In this document: piece after piece, positions 38,341-48,400 of the stretch
Position numbering within the stretch: the stretch's first letter is position 1
Layout: each line of letters opens with the position of its first letter
Program-made: the position numbers and the translations under genes
Notes under the pieces: model-generated
What the model was told of the DNA's origin: nothing
The model's input: only the letters and a program-made list of their open reading frames with translations
Databases searched by the model: none
Origin: Candidatus Levyibacteriota bacterium
Lineage (GTDB): Bacteria > Patescibacteriota > Microgenomatia > Levybacterales > UBA12049
Assembly (NCBI GenBank): GCA_038253825.1
Contig: JBBSGT010000002.1
Location: forward strand, 685 to 64,684
Length of the DNA stretch: 64,000 nucleotides
Direction of reading: 5' to 3'

Positions 38341-39403
38341 ATGATTCCAAGAAAACGAACAGAAACTAGTATACCTCAGGCACTTACTGAATTTGGTGCA
38401 CAATTTCAAATTCCTGAAATACAACGCGTTGTTCCCTATGGGAAAGGGAGTATCAATGAAACATTTTTGGTCAAAACAAGTGGTTCACCTTTTATATTAC
38501 AACAGTTACGCCCAGCATATGACTACGGAAGTTTAGAAGACTACGAGGCTATCACTCAATGTGTTGATCGCGCAGGCATCATAACACCTCGTATCGTTCC
38601 AACAAAAACTGGCTTACTTGGTACAATAAAGGACAATCGTTTGTGGCGAATGACTTCGTTTGTGCCCGGTGTAACGCTAAAGCGAAGTCCCACATCTTCT
38701 CAAGTAAAGAGTGCTGCAGCATTACTAGGAAGATGGCATGAGGGGTTGAGTACGCTTGATTATGACTTTCACTTCAAGTTACCTGACTTTCATGATACTC
38801 CTAAAAAAATGATGGATTTACAAGCTGCACTAACAGCGACATGAAGGTACAGAAAAATACGAACAGCTTGCACCACTTGCCGAAGAAGTATTAACAGCTT
38901 ATGCTTCGCTAGGAGCTACAACTATACATTTACCTCGTCGCATTACCCATGGTGATCCAAACATTCATAATGTACGTTTTACAAATGATGGAGATAAAGC
39001 TATAAGTCTCTTAGATTTAGATACCCTAGGACATAATTCAGTGATTATCGATATTGCTGATGCTGTGAGAAGTTTGGCTCAGATAAAAGATAAGCACGCT
39101 CCTCACGATGCTCGATTCGATAGTGCTCTTTTCCAGCTTATACTTGATGGCTATAGAAACACTGCACATTTTTTGACACCTGACGAGCTTTATGCAATTC
39201 CAGATGGTGTTGAGCAATTAACACTTGAATTGTCAGCCAGGTATATTACCGATGCATTCGAGGAAATGTATTTCAGGCATGATCCGATGCAATATCCAAA
39301 TTTATTCGAACAAAACAAAGTAGATGCACTTATTCAACTCAATTTTTATCGTAGTTTTATAACGCAAAGAGCGGGCGTGGAAAGTATGATTATGCAATAT
39401 TGA
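38341..39403 (+). pseudogene. APH/choline-kinase-like phosphotransferase split by a +1 frameshift
   Basis: N-half GKGSINETF...FHDTP ends at TGA 38842. The +1 frame from about 38834 carries THGDPNIHN and LDLDT and continues into ORF 39041-39403. Confidence 0.8.
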
Positions 39404-39712
39404 AGGTACGAGTGCATGTTTATAACAAGTACATTATTTTACCGCATCAAATACTTTATGTATCTCAACTCTTTGTTTGCGGCTTGCGATATGGAAAATT
39501 GTCATTAGGAAGTTTCGCATACCAACGAACTTAATCATTCCACAACATTGTGAAAATATCATATAATATTATTTCGATAAAAAATTCCAAAATTGTCAAG
39601 GCTCTCCAGCAAAAGAATTTTTCTTTAGATTAGCTTCAAAAATAGCACCAATTCTTATAAAAAAGCTCTGGATTCGAAGTATGAGCAAAAATTCTGATAT
39701 AATTTTTTGGAT

Positions 39713-40321
39713 ATGGAAATAATAATAATCGCTGGAGGTTCTGGATCCGGAAAGTCTGCTCTCGCATATACATTAGAAGATCATTATCCAAATGTGTTTG
39801 AAGTAATGAACTTGGACGATTACCACAAGCTGAAAACTTCTATTGGATTGCCAATGCTAGAGAATAAGATTAATTGGGATCATCCTGGTGTCATACAATG
39901 GGATAAGCTAATAAAAGACATTGCACTACTTCAAAATGGAAAGCCAGTTACCATTAATTCATGGAGTCATCGTTCTAATCGAGATTACTTTAAACATGGG
40001 AAAATGATACCTCGAACAATGGTTCCCAAAAAGGCACTCATCATTGAAGGAAATATGGTTCTTTGGAATAAACAAATCAAGGATTTAAGTAGTAGATCAT
40101 ATTTTTTAAATCTCGATGACGAAACTCGAATGAGGCGTAGAAATAAATTTATCGATCCTGATTATGATAGTAAAGTTCTTCAACCTATGCATAAAATGTA
40201 TGTAGTTCCAACGATGTCCTACGCAGATATAATACTTAATGTTACAAAAATGAATCAAGCAGAAGTTTACTTTAATATTGAACACGATTTAAAAGAAACT
40301 TACACATTTCTTCAAGCATAA
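39713..40321 (+). CDS. Uridine kinase-like P-loop kinase
   Basis: IAGGSGSGKS, LDDYH, NWDHP, IIEG, PTMSYADI. Confidence 0.8.
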   Translation: MEIIIIAGGSGSGKSALAYTLEDHYPNVFEVMNLDDYHKLKTSIGLPMLENKINWDHPGVIQWDKLIKDIALLQNGKPVTINSWSHRSNRDYFKHGKMIPRTMVPKKALIIEGNMVLWNKQIKDLSSRSYFLNLDDETRMRRRNKFIDPDYDSKVLQPMHKMYVVPTMSYADIILNVTKMNQAEVYFNIEHDLKETYTFLQA

Positions 40322-40399
40322 AAAGCTCCAAGCTCGTCAAGGCTTGCCTGCAAACGGCCGCAGGTATATATATTCTACTTTGTTTGCTATACCTCAGAA

Positions 40400-40654
40400 G
40401 TGAACGATTTAGTATTCAGTTACTATCGCGATTCAATTTATGAATAAGTATAGGTACCTCATAATATAGCTTTAGAAGAAGCAGATGCTTTTGCGAAGAG
40501 TGGTTCTTGGGACGAAGACCTGAATAATATTCAAACAGTTTATCTAAGTGATGGTGTATTTTTAATAGGACCAGTGGGAATTTGCATAGTAGCTATGGGC
40601 GCAATTAGGAAACTTTCTGAAACCATTTGGGAAATTAAACGAATGAGAGCATGA
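40400..40654 (+). pseudogene. GNAT acetyltransferase remnant
   Basis: Frame reads MNDLVFSYYRDSIYE*V*VPHNIALE...WDEDLNNIQTVYLSDGVFLIG...IVAMGAIRKLSETIWEIKRMRA*; internal stops and truncated. Confidence 0.6.
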
Positions 40655-40735
40655 ACTACTATTTGGAAAATCCCTATGATATTCCGCAGCTTTTTCTCAA
40701 ATGATAAGTTCAAATCAAGGCTCTCAGCCACCGTT

Positions 40736-41887
40736 TTATTTAGCACTTTCTTTAAAAAGAACTATGTATTTTTTATATTCATATGACTGACCATACTTTT
40801 CATCCTGATTTCTTGGTGTAAGAATATCCATTTCAATAAATCGGTCTATCACACGTTGCGCTCCTGCTCGAGTATATCCTGTCCATTTTATAATGGTGGC
40901 CACATTGACAATGGGTTGTACATATAATTTCGGTAAAATTATTGCGGCGTTTTCAGATGCTCGAGTTCCAAGCTTTTGTATTTTCTGCATATCGTTCTCG
41001 CGCAATACAGTAATTTTACCAACAATATCTATTGCTTCATTTGCAATTTCAATGACACCATCTAAAAAGAACTCTACCCATTCAGAAACGTTACCATTAT
41101 GATATCTATAGAGTTTTTCATAATAAATTTCTTGAAATTTTTTAAAATATGAAGACAAAAATAGAACAGGCTTTTCTAAAAACTCTTCTTTCCAAAGATA
41201 AAATGTTATTAGCATTCTCCCTGTCCTCCCATTACCATCAAGAAATGGGTGGATTGTTTCGAACTGTGCATGAATGAGTGCTGCTTTTATAAGTGTAAGT
41301 GTTGTTCCATTTTCATATATATACTTTTCAAGATCACTAAGAGCACTTTTCATCTCTTCAATAGGTGGTGGAACAAAACGCGCATTATCTGGTTTTGTTC
41401 CACCAATCCAGTCTTGACTTTTCCTGAATTCACCTGGGCCAGAAAAGTGTGTTGCTCTTGCTTGCTCCATTAATTTTTTATGTAGTTCTCTTATGAATCG
41501 AAGAGATACGGGGAAATTATTACTTGCAACTCTTGTCATGCCATAATCGAGTGCCTTTATATAATGGAGAATATCGTCTACGTCTTCAGGTAAATTTGTA
41601 TTAATATTTGCATCTGCTTCTATTGCATCAATCATCGTCGCTCGGGTCCCTTCAATCTGGCTTGATGAAGCTGCATCTTTTCTGAGATACATAAGTAGGA
41701 AAAAATCAGCGTCAGGTAAGAGTTTAGTTATACCATCTAGCTTTCCAAGCAGTCTTGATGCCTGTTCATTTTTTTTCAAAATCTTTGCATCAAAAAAGAA
41801 TCCTTCTTTAGGCGGGAAGGGTTCGGGAATAAAAGCTTTAAAGCCGCCTGGTTGTTCTTTATTTGCTCCTATTTTTATATTTTTCAT
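40736..41887 (-). CDS. Fic family protein
   Basis: HPFLDGNGRTGR catalytic motif, N-terminal SSQIEG inhibitory motif, C-terminal HTH-like region. Confidence 0.93.
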   Translation of the reverse strand: MKNIKIGANKEQPGGFKAFIPEPFPPKEGFFFDAKILKKNEQASRLLGKLDGITKLLPDADFFLLMYLRKDAASSSQIEGTRATMIDAIEADANINTNLPEDVDDILHYIKALDYGMTRVASNNFPVSLRFIRELHKKLMEQARATHFSGPGEFRKSQDWIGGTKPDNARFVPPPIEEMKSALSDLEKYIYENGTTLTLIKAALIHAQFETIHPFLDGNGRTGRMLITFYLWKEEFLEKPVLFLSSYFKKFQEIYYEKLYRYHNGNVSEWVEFFLDGVIEIANEAIDIVGKITVLRENDMQKIQKLGTRASENAAIILPKLYVQPIVNVATIIKWTGYTRAGAQRVIDRFIEMDILTPRNQDEKYGQSYEYKKYIVLFKESAK

Positions 41888-41916
41888 AGTTTATATCCTT
41901 TCAATAATGCATACAA

Positions 41917-41959
41917 AGTATATAGTTTTGTATCTATTAAGTCAATTGATAGATACAAA
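41917..41959 (-). promoter_or_regulatory. fic promoter overlapped by an 11-bp inverted repeat
   Basis: TTGACT(41945-40)-17 nt-TATACT(41922-17); TTTGTATCTAT/ATAGATACAAA at 41927-41959. Confidence 0.6.
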
Positions 41960-41980
41960 CTTGCAAAACGTGAAAAGTAG

Positions 41981-42256
41981 TTTTATATTCGGTGGACTGA
42001 TACTTATGGAGGAGCTTGTGATTCACAAGGTACCGGAACTATATGTTTAGGGTACAACACAGTAAATGTCTGTCGTCAATATAATGTAAAAGGAAAGGAC
42101 GCTGAAACGTGGTCGATTAATGAAGAATTAAACAAAAACACACATATTGGACTATTCATAAATGCGGTTGCAAATAATCCTGCCAGTATAAACAGGCAAA
42201 CTATTTTATCAATGATTTCCTCTTTTAAGTTTCTCAGTCAAATACCTAAAAAGTAA
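41981..42256 (+). pseudogene. 5'-truncated fragment of an exported protein
   Basis: Open 91-codon frame ...YGGACDSQG...TILSMISSFKFLSQIPKK* with no usable start. Confidence 0.4.
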
Positions 42257-42392
42257 TTGTTTTATATAAAATGGTATATAAAAAGTTACACTGTTTCTTA
42301 AGGCTCTAGCCAATCAAAAATTCTAAAATCTTCTTTGATGTCCTGCAAAATAAGTAAATTCAAATAAAATTGAGCTCAAACCTGTCAACTTG

Positions 42393-42466
42393 TCGGGGAC
42401 AGAGGACTCGAACCTCCGACCTCACGGTCCCAAACCGCGCGCTCTAGCCAACTGAGCTAGTCCCCG
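42393..42466 (-). tRNA. tRNA-Pro(TGG)
   Basis: CGGGGAC acceptor stem, TAGCTCAGTTGGCTAGAGC D-arm, anticodon loop TTTGGGA, GGTTCGAGTCC T-arm. Confidence 0.95.
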
Positions 42467-42516
42467 TTATCGTTGAATTATAACATTTTCGTAAATCTTT
42501 GGCAAAAGCTGAAAAG

Positions 42517-43248
42517 CTACCTATTAGGTCCTACAAATAATTTTCGATGATGTGTAACGCTTTTTACCCAGGTTTTTAATCGCCAAACATGTTTTTTTGT
42601 GTTCTCAAGAAAAGCTCTAGTCGATATTCCTGCAATAAGATCTCGATCAAAGAGTATAATACCATACTGAGAGATATGTAACGCTAGATCGACATCTTCA
42701 TGTACTTTGTAACTATCATGACAAACATCGTTTTTTACTTTTTGCCATGCATGCTTTGTGATAACCATATTTGAACCAAATAATGTTTCATGACCGAGCA
42801 TGATTTTGCTTACTGCGAAGAAACCATAACGTGAAGTGATATCACTCGTTATTTTTCTTAGAGTGCTATCCTGAACAGCGTAAAAATATTGTGGGCCTGA
42901 GACTCCAACAATATCTTGGGCTCTGTTATCAAGTATTCTATGGACTTTCTCAACCCAGTCAATTGGTATACGAGTGTCTGCATCAATTCGTGCTAACAAG
43001 TCCCCCTTTGCAGCATTAAAACCAGCATCACGAGCTGGAATCATCCCTTGTTCGGTTTCATTTATAAGAGTAACGAATGGAAAAGTTTTGGCTATTTCTG
43101 CTGTTTTATCAGTAGAATTATTGTTGACGACAATGACTTCATCAGGGGGAAAGGTTTGTTGTTGTATTGCTTCCATGCATGATCCAATGTACTCCTCTTC
43201 ATTGTATGCAATGACGATAAGAGACAATGCGGGTATATAATGTCGCAT
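42517..43248 (-). CDS. Glycosyltransferase family 2
   Basis: [25 protein letters not shown]. Start placed at 43248 because the longer ORF runs through tRNA-Leu. Confidence 0.88.
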   Translation of the reverse strand: MRHYIPALSLIVIAYNEEEYIGSCMEAIQQQTFPPDEVIVVNNNSTDKTAEIAKTFPFVTLINETEQGMIPARDAGFNAAKGDLLARIDADTRIPIDWVEKVHRILDNRAQDIVGVSGPQYFYAVQDSTLRKITSDITSRYGFFAVSKIMLGHETLFGSNMVITKHAWQKVKNDVCHDSYKVHEDVDLALHISQYGIILFDRDLIAGISTRAFLENTKKHVWRLKTWVKSVTHHRKLFVGPNR

Positions 43249-43260
43249 GGTATACACGAG

Positions 43261-43343
43261 TGCCGCGAGCGAGAGTCGAACTCGCACGCCCTTGCGGACG
43301 GGGGCTCTTAAGGCCCCTGTGTCTGCCATTCCACCACCGCGGC
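43261..43343 (-). tRNA. tRNA-Leu(TAA)
   Basis: GCCGCGG acceptor stem, GGGGC-CTTAAGA-GCCCC anticodon arm, long variable arm, GTTCGAC T-loop. Confidence 0.95.
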
Positions 43344-43408
43344 AAAGTGCTATGCTATTTTAACTCAAACGCATGTGATTATTCAAGCCACAAGCAGTAT
43401 TTGATCTA

Positions 43409-43912
43409 TTATTTACTTATTGATTGAGAATTTCTATATTTAATTACTTTAGCAGGGACGCCCCCGACTATCGCATAAGGAGGAACGTTTTTAGTGACTA
43501 CCGCTCCGGCTCCTATTATGGCACCTTTACCTATTGTTAAACCGGGTAAAATAACTGCTTTTGTTCCTATCCAGACATCGTCCTCAATGACAACTTTCTT
43601 TTTTTTTGTAGACTGATGATATATCGGTATTTTTAAATCTTCATGTTCATGTGTTTCGGAAGTTATAAAAACATAAGGGCCGACTAAAACATAATTACCT
43701 ATTTTTATTCCGCCGTTTCCTCCAAAGTCACAACTATGGTTAATGTAGACATGATTTCCTATTTCAATCTTTTTTGGATAATAGAAATGACAGTTATACT
43801 GAATAAAAACAGGGAATCCTATTTTCTTAAAGAGAGGTTTTAAAAAGAGTGATCGAATAAATCCAAAGGCAATATAAATTTTTATGTGAGGAAATATGAG
43901 ATAATTAAACAT
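43409..43912 (-). CDS. Hexapeptide-repeat O-acetyltransferase (LacA/Maa-like)
   Basis: [39 protein letters not shown]. Confidence 0.9.
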   Translation of the reverse strand: MFNYLIFPHIKIYIAFGFIRSLFLKPLFKKIGFPVFIQYNCHFYYPKKIEIGNHVYINHSCDFGGNGGIKIGNYVLVGPYVFITSETHEHEDLKIPIYHQSTKKKKVVIEDDVWIGTKAVILPGLTIGKGAIIGAGAVVTKNVPPYAIVGGVPAKVIKYRNSQSISK

Positions 43913-44251
43913 AATATTTATACTACCATATTAATCATAAATATAGGTTCATTCTTTACAGACCTTGCGCTTTACATAGATGTTTCTTATCTAAGGAAAC
44001 ATTTAGGTTTAGTATACTGCTAAATATATATCGTAGGGCGTATCCTAAACTTATAATGTATATAAGCTAATTAAGTTGAGGTTTACAAGTTTAAAGAACA
44101 TTAGCTTTTTCAGCGTAAGGAGATTATTACGTACGTCTTATTAAAATCGTGCCTAAATCTGATGGGAATACTTATGGCAGAGCTTGCTTACATATGCTAT
44201 AGTTTGTATGCTAAGTTCTCCTACTGAGCTTTAAAAATAAAATCTGTCCGA

Positions 44252-45841
44252 ATGACACAATCTAATTCACGCACGTCCAATAAAATTGTACCCTTTGACG
44301 ATGAAACAGAACGAAAACTAGGCAAAGGGTTCCACCATAAAGGCATTCAATATGTTCATCATTCTCGTCTGCATCCTCATCAAACTGCATTTTTTAGACT
44401 ATCAACATTTCAAAAATATTTTCTTCTCTTCCTTCTACTTCTAGCTGCATGTTGTTTGGCTCTCAATTGGCATTTATCCATTACTATCGCAGTAGCAGTA
44501 CTTATTTTTTTATATTTTGCCGATCTTCTTTTTAATCTATTCCTTATCTATCGAAGTTTTACGAAACGTCCTGAAATCAACGTGACAAACGAAGAACTTA
44601 ACGCAGTTGGTGACAATGAATGGCCTGTTTACACGATCCTCTGTCCACTTTATAAAGAATGGCAAGTTGTACCCCAATTCGCAAAAGCTTTAAGCAATAT
44701 GGATTACCCAAAAGATAAATTACAAGCGATTCTGTTGCTGGAAGAGGATGATCATGAAACGATCAAAAAAGTACAAGAACTGCATTTGCCTCCTTATTTT
44801 GAAACAGTTGTTGTCCCCGACTCAAAACCAAAAACAAAACCTAAAGCCAGCAATTATGGTTTGAAATTCGCCCGTGGAGAATATACTGTTATATATGATG
44901 CAGAAGATGTTCCTGATCCATTACAGTTAAAAAAAGCAATCATTGCTTTTAAAAAAGCAGGTTCGAAAGTTATCTGTATTCAAGCAAAACTGAATTTTTA
45001 TAACCCTCATCAAAATCTATTGACAAGGGTTTTTACAGCGGAATACTCGTTATGGTTTGATTTAGTCTTAACAGGATTGCAATCCATTCATGCGCCAATT
45101 CCTTTGGGCGGCACTTCCAATCATTTCCATACACAAGATCTACACAAGCTGAAAGGTTGGGATTCTTTCAACGTTACAGAGGATGCAGATCTTGGGATGC
45201 GCTTGGTCAAACACGGTTATCGTACCGCTGTTATTGAATCAATAACACTTGAAGAAGCGAATAGTAGCTTGAAAAATTGGTTTGGTCAGCGTTCTCGCTG
45301 GATTAAGGGCTATATTCAGACTTACTTCGTCCATATGCGTAATCCAAGTGAATTTATCAGAACCTGGAACGAGCCTCATTATATTACATTTCAGCTGGTA
45401 ATCGGTGGCAAAGTCATGTCTATGTTTATTAATCCAATGCTTTGGTTAATTACGATTTGTTATTTTGTCTTTCGAGCAAAAATAGGGAGTTTTATTGATT
45501 CATTCTTCCCAGCGCCTGTCCTTTATATGGGAGTTATTTCTTTATTACTTGGTAACTTTTTATACGCATACTATTATATGGTCGGATGTGTCAAACATGG
45601 CCATGATGAATTAGTGAAATATATCTTTCTCGTACCTTTTTATTGGCTTGCAATGAGTATTGCCGCATGGATAGCTGTTTATCGCTTTATTGTTGCTCCC
45701 CATTATTGGTCCAAAACTAAACACGGATTGCATCTGGACAACAAAAAATTTATAACACAGACAGAGGTTCTTCAAGATAAACAAACAAAAGTAATAAGAA
45801 GAGGATTTAAACAATCTACTTCGCGATCTGTAATAGCTTAA
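44252..45841 (+). CDS. Processive membrane GT2 synthase, stand-alone paralog
   Basis: KTKPKASNYG, YDAED, TEDAD, QRSRW; highly similar to the C-terminal part of 15864-18080. Confidence 0.88.
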   Translation: MTQSNSRTSNKIVPFDDETERKLGKGFHHKGIQYVHHSRLHPHQTAFFRLSTFQKYFLLFLLLLAACCLALNWHLSITIAVAVLIFLYFADLLFNLFLIYRSFTKRPEINVTNEELNAVGDNEWPVYTILCPLYKEWQVVPQFAKALSNMDYPKDKLQAILLLEEDDHETIKKVQELHLPPYFETVVVPDSKPKTKPKASNYGLKFARGEYTVIYDAEDVPDPLQLKKAIIAFKKAGSKVICIQAKLNFYNPHQNLLTRVFTAEYSLWFDLVLTGLQSIHAPIPLGGTSNHFHTQDLHKLKGWDSFNVTEDADLGMRLVKHGYRTAVIESITLEEANSSLKNWFGQRSRWIKGYIQTYFVHMRNPSEFIRTWNEPHYITFQLVIGGKVMSMFINPMLWLITICYFVFRAKIGSFIDSFFPAPVLYMGVISLLLGNFLYAYYYMVGCVKHGHDELVKYIFLVPFYWLAMSIAAWIAVYRFIVAPHYWSKTKHGLHLDNKKFITQTEVLQDKQTKVIRRGFKQSTSRSVIA

Positions 45842-45846
45842 GGAAT

Positions 45847-46767
45847 ATGAAAAAGAAGCAAAAAAGATTATCAGTATCAATTTGCATCCCAGCATATAAT
45901 GAAGGGAAAAATATCAAAAAGTTACTGCATGCTTTAAGTATGCAAGTAACAAAATATGTTGAAATAAAGAAGATTATTGTTGTGTGTTCGGGTTGTACAG
46001 ATAAAACAGAAAATTGTGTAAAAGCATTTGCTAAAGCCAATAAAAAAATCATTTTAATCACCGAAAAGCAACGAAACGGAAAAGCCTCTGCGATAAATCG
46101 TTTTCTTAAAATCGCACATGAAGAAATAGTTGTCATTGAAAGCGCAGATACTATTCCAGAGAAAGACACGATAGAAAAATTGTGTATACCATTTCTGAAA
46201 GATAAATCTATTGGGATGACAGGGGGCGCACCCATCCCAGTTAATGACCCGAACACATTTTTGGGTTACATTATTCACTCATGGTGGTGGTTTCATCGTA
46301 ACATTCCACGATTTGGAGAAATAATTGCCTATCGAAACATCCTCCCGCAAATCTCAATGAAGACAGCTGTTGATGAAGCATATATTCAGGCAAAACTTGT
46401 TAAGAAAGGTTATAAACCTGTTCACATCGATGAAGCAAGAGTCAAAAATAAAGGTCCGGAAACAGTTGCAGATCTTATCAAACAACGAAGAAGAATTTAT
46501 AATGGCCATGCGCGACTGCATGCCCAAGAGCATGTGAAGATTGATAACATGACTAAATCAAGCGTTTATTTGATTTTATACAAATATAAAATTCACAATA
46601 TCAAACAACTCTTTTGGCTTATTGGTGGCATAGGCTTAGAATTATACGCACGCTTCCTTGGCTTTTACGACACTGTCATAAAGCATAAAAATCCTTATAT
46701 CTGGGATACAGCCAAAACAACCAAACGTTTGGATATAGGTTTGAAAGGTGGTAAGGTTAAAAAATGA
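45847..46767 (+). CDS. Glycosyltransferase family 2
   Basis: ICIPAYNE, GKASAIN, SADT, QRRRI. Confidence 0.85.
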   Translation: MKKKQKRLSVSICIPAYNEGKNIKKLLHALSMQVTKYVEIKKIIVVCSGCTDKTENCVKAFAKANKKIILITEKQRNGKASAINRFLKIAHEEIVVIESADTIPEKDTIEKLCIPFLKDKSIGMTGGAPIPVNDPNTFLGYIIHSWWWFHRNIPRFGEIIAYRNILPQISMKTAVDEAYIQAKLVKKGYKPVHIDEARVKNKGPETVADLIKQRRRIYNGHARLHAQEHVKIDNMTKSSVYLILYKYKIHNIKQLFWLIGGIGLELYARFLGFYDTVIKHKNPYIWDTAKTTKRLDIGLKGGKVKK

Positions 46768-47882
46768 TACTATTCCTGAACTTCGCACCAATAAACTTTA
46801 TGGGCGGGTCTGAAAAATTGGTATTGGAATTAGCAAATGCTACTTCAAAAAAAGAAGATGTCGTTTTAATGGATGTATCAGCGAATATTGCAAATATTTA
46901 TGGTCGGATTTTTCTAAAAAGAACTTTTGATAATCATATAAAAGATCATAACATTGAAAATAACCTTAAACACATATCACTTACCTTCTCAAGTTTTATG
47001 CCATTTACAAAGGATTGGCATTTAATAAGAAATGATTTTCAATCTGCTCGACTTCTGTATGTTCGATACGAATTGCTCGAAATATTAATATGTTTGTATT
47101 TTGGAGGTTTACGTATTTTTGAAAAAATTATAGCAGGTTTAATACTTACACCATTTTACGATTCGCCTCGAGGATTATTAGATCACTTTCATAATTTATT
47201 TTATGGCTCCTTCATCTACAAATATTTGCTTAGGTCAGTTTGTAAAATTCAAGTTCTTAATAAAAGAGAAAAGAAATTGCTTAATGAATATTATAAGGTA
47301 AATAATGTCTATTTTTTACCTGTGGGCATTAATATAAATTCATTAAAAATGAGCAAATATATAAGAAAAGCAGATCAATTAAATATTATCTATGTTGGTG
47401 AACTTTCTACAAGAAAAGGAGTCGATACTCTTTTGGAAATAATAAGTAATTCACCAAAGCATTTTTTATTTCATATTGTAGGAGATGGACCATTAAAAGA
47501 AAGTATTGAAAATTTAGAAAAAGTTAATACCTGTTATTTTTATAAATATGTAAGTAGTGAGAAATTAAATTCTTTATTTAATAAATGTGATGTTTTAGTT
47601 TTTCCTTCTCGATCTGAAGCATTTGGAATAGTGATGGCTGAAGCAATGAGATACGGATTAAAGATAGTAAATTCTGCTGAAGTATCACTTGATTTGCCAA
47701 AAAATATTGAAACTTCTCTAAAAACCCGAGATAAGAATGAGTATATTAAAGCTCTTGAAAATATTTATAAACAAAAAAAACATCATTCTGATGAAAGGGA
47801 AATAATTCAAAAATATGCTATAGATAATTATTCGGATGAAAATATAAATAAAAGGTTCTTAACAAGTATTTTAGAAATATGA
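46764..47882 (+). CDS. Glycosyltransferase family 4
   Basis: GGSE, YVGELSTRKG, VGDGP, PSRSEAFGIVMAEA. Confidence 0.88.
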   Translation: MILFLNFAPINFMGGSEKLVLELANATSKKEDVVLMDVSANIANIYGRIFLKRTFDNHIKDHNIENNLKHISLTFSSFMPFTKDWHLIRNDFQSARLLYVRYELLEILICLYFGGLRIFEKIIAGLILTPFYDSPRGLLDHFHNLFYGSFIYKYLLRSVCKIQVLNKREKKLLNEYYKVNNVYFLPVGININSLKMSKYIRKADQLNIIYVGELSTRKGVDTLLEIISNSPKHFLFHIVGDGPLKESIENLEKVNTCYFYKYVSSEKLNSLFNKCDVLVFPSRSEAFGIVMAEAMRYGLKIVNSAEVSLDLPKNIETSLKTRDKNEYIKALENIYKQKKHHSDEREIIQKYAIDNYSDENINKRFLTSILEI

Positions 47883-48400
47883 ATAAAAGAGTTAAACTGC
47901 ATTTCGGTTGTGGCAATAAATATCTTAAGGGTTTTATTAATTGTGATATTTCGAAGACAGTGAAAACTGATAAGATTTTTGATATGGATATTTCCCCATA
48001 CCCCTTTAAGGCAAATTTCGCGGATGAAATTTAAATGGATATGATTCTTGAACATATTGATAATGTTGTAGACGTAATGGAAGAGCTCTATCGGATCCTA
48101 AAAAATGATGAAATTGTTAGAATATACGCTCCCTATTCCAAAAGTGAATGGGATGTACAAGATCCGACCCATAAACATTTTTTTAATGAAAAAAGTATGG
48201 ATTATTTTATTGACGATTATAGATATAATTATTATACAAATATTAGGTTTAAGAAAATTCATGCTTATTTATATACAAGTGATGAAACGCTTTTGAGTAA
48301 GCTAAGAAACTTAATACCATTTAGAAATGTATTAACATATTTTCTTTTTAATATGTATGATGGAATCTATTTTGAGTTAAAGGCTATAAAAGATTTATGA
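47879..48400 (+). pseudogene. SAM-dependent methyltransferase (type 11-like) with in-frame TAA
   Basis: MNKRVKLHFGCG...FPYPFKANFADEI*MDMILEH...ELYRILK...DPTH; the stop at 48032-48034 is in the same frame. Confidence 0.8.

Larger units (their letters stand above)
38161..42312 (+). repeat. Dispersed imperfect direct repeats (TCAAGGCTCTCCAGCAAA family) at gene boundaries
   Basis: Exact 18-mers at 38198 and 39596, a 15/18 copy at 40337, variants at 40715 and 42299. The copies at 38161 and 40678 share about 50 nt starting GATATTCCGCAGCT. Confidence 0.7.

Noticed and set aside
38842-38844. TGA read-through / genetic code 25
   Set aside because: Kinase homology continues in another frame, and intact genes (sortase, csoR, DUF2292-like, GT4) end in TGA. 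The TGA at 58284 is better explained as decay.
38161-42312. CRISPR array or classical integron
   Set aside because: Repeats are hundreds to thousands of bases apart and degenerate; no cas or intI gene and no attC-like palindromes were seen.
43249-43329. N-terminal extension of the GT2 ORF ([10 protein letters not shown]...)
   Set aside because: It is a translation of tRNA-Leu; the real start is 43248.
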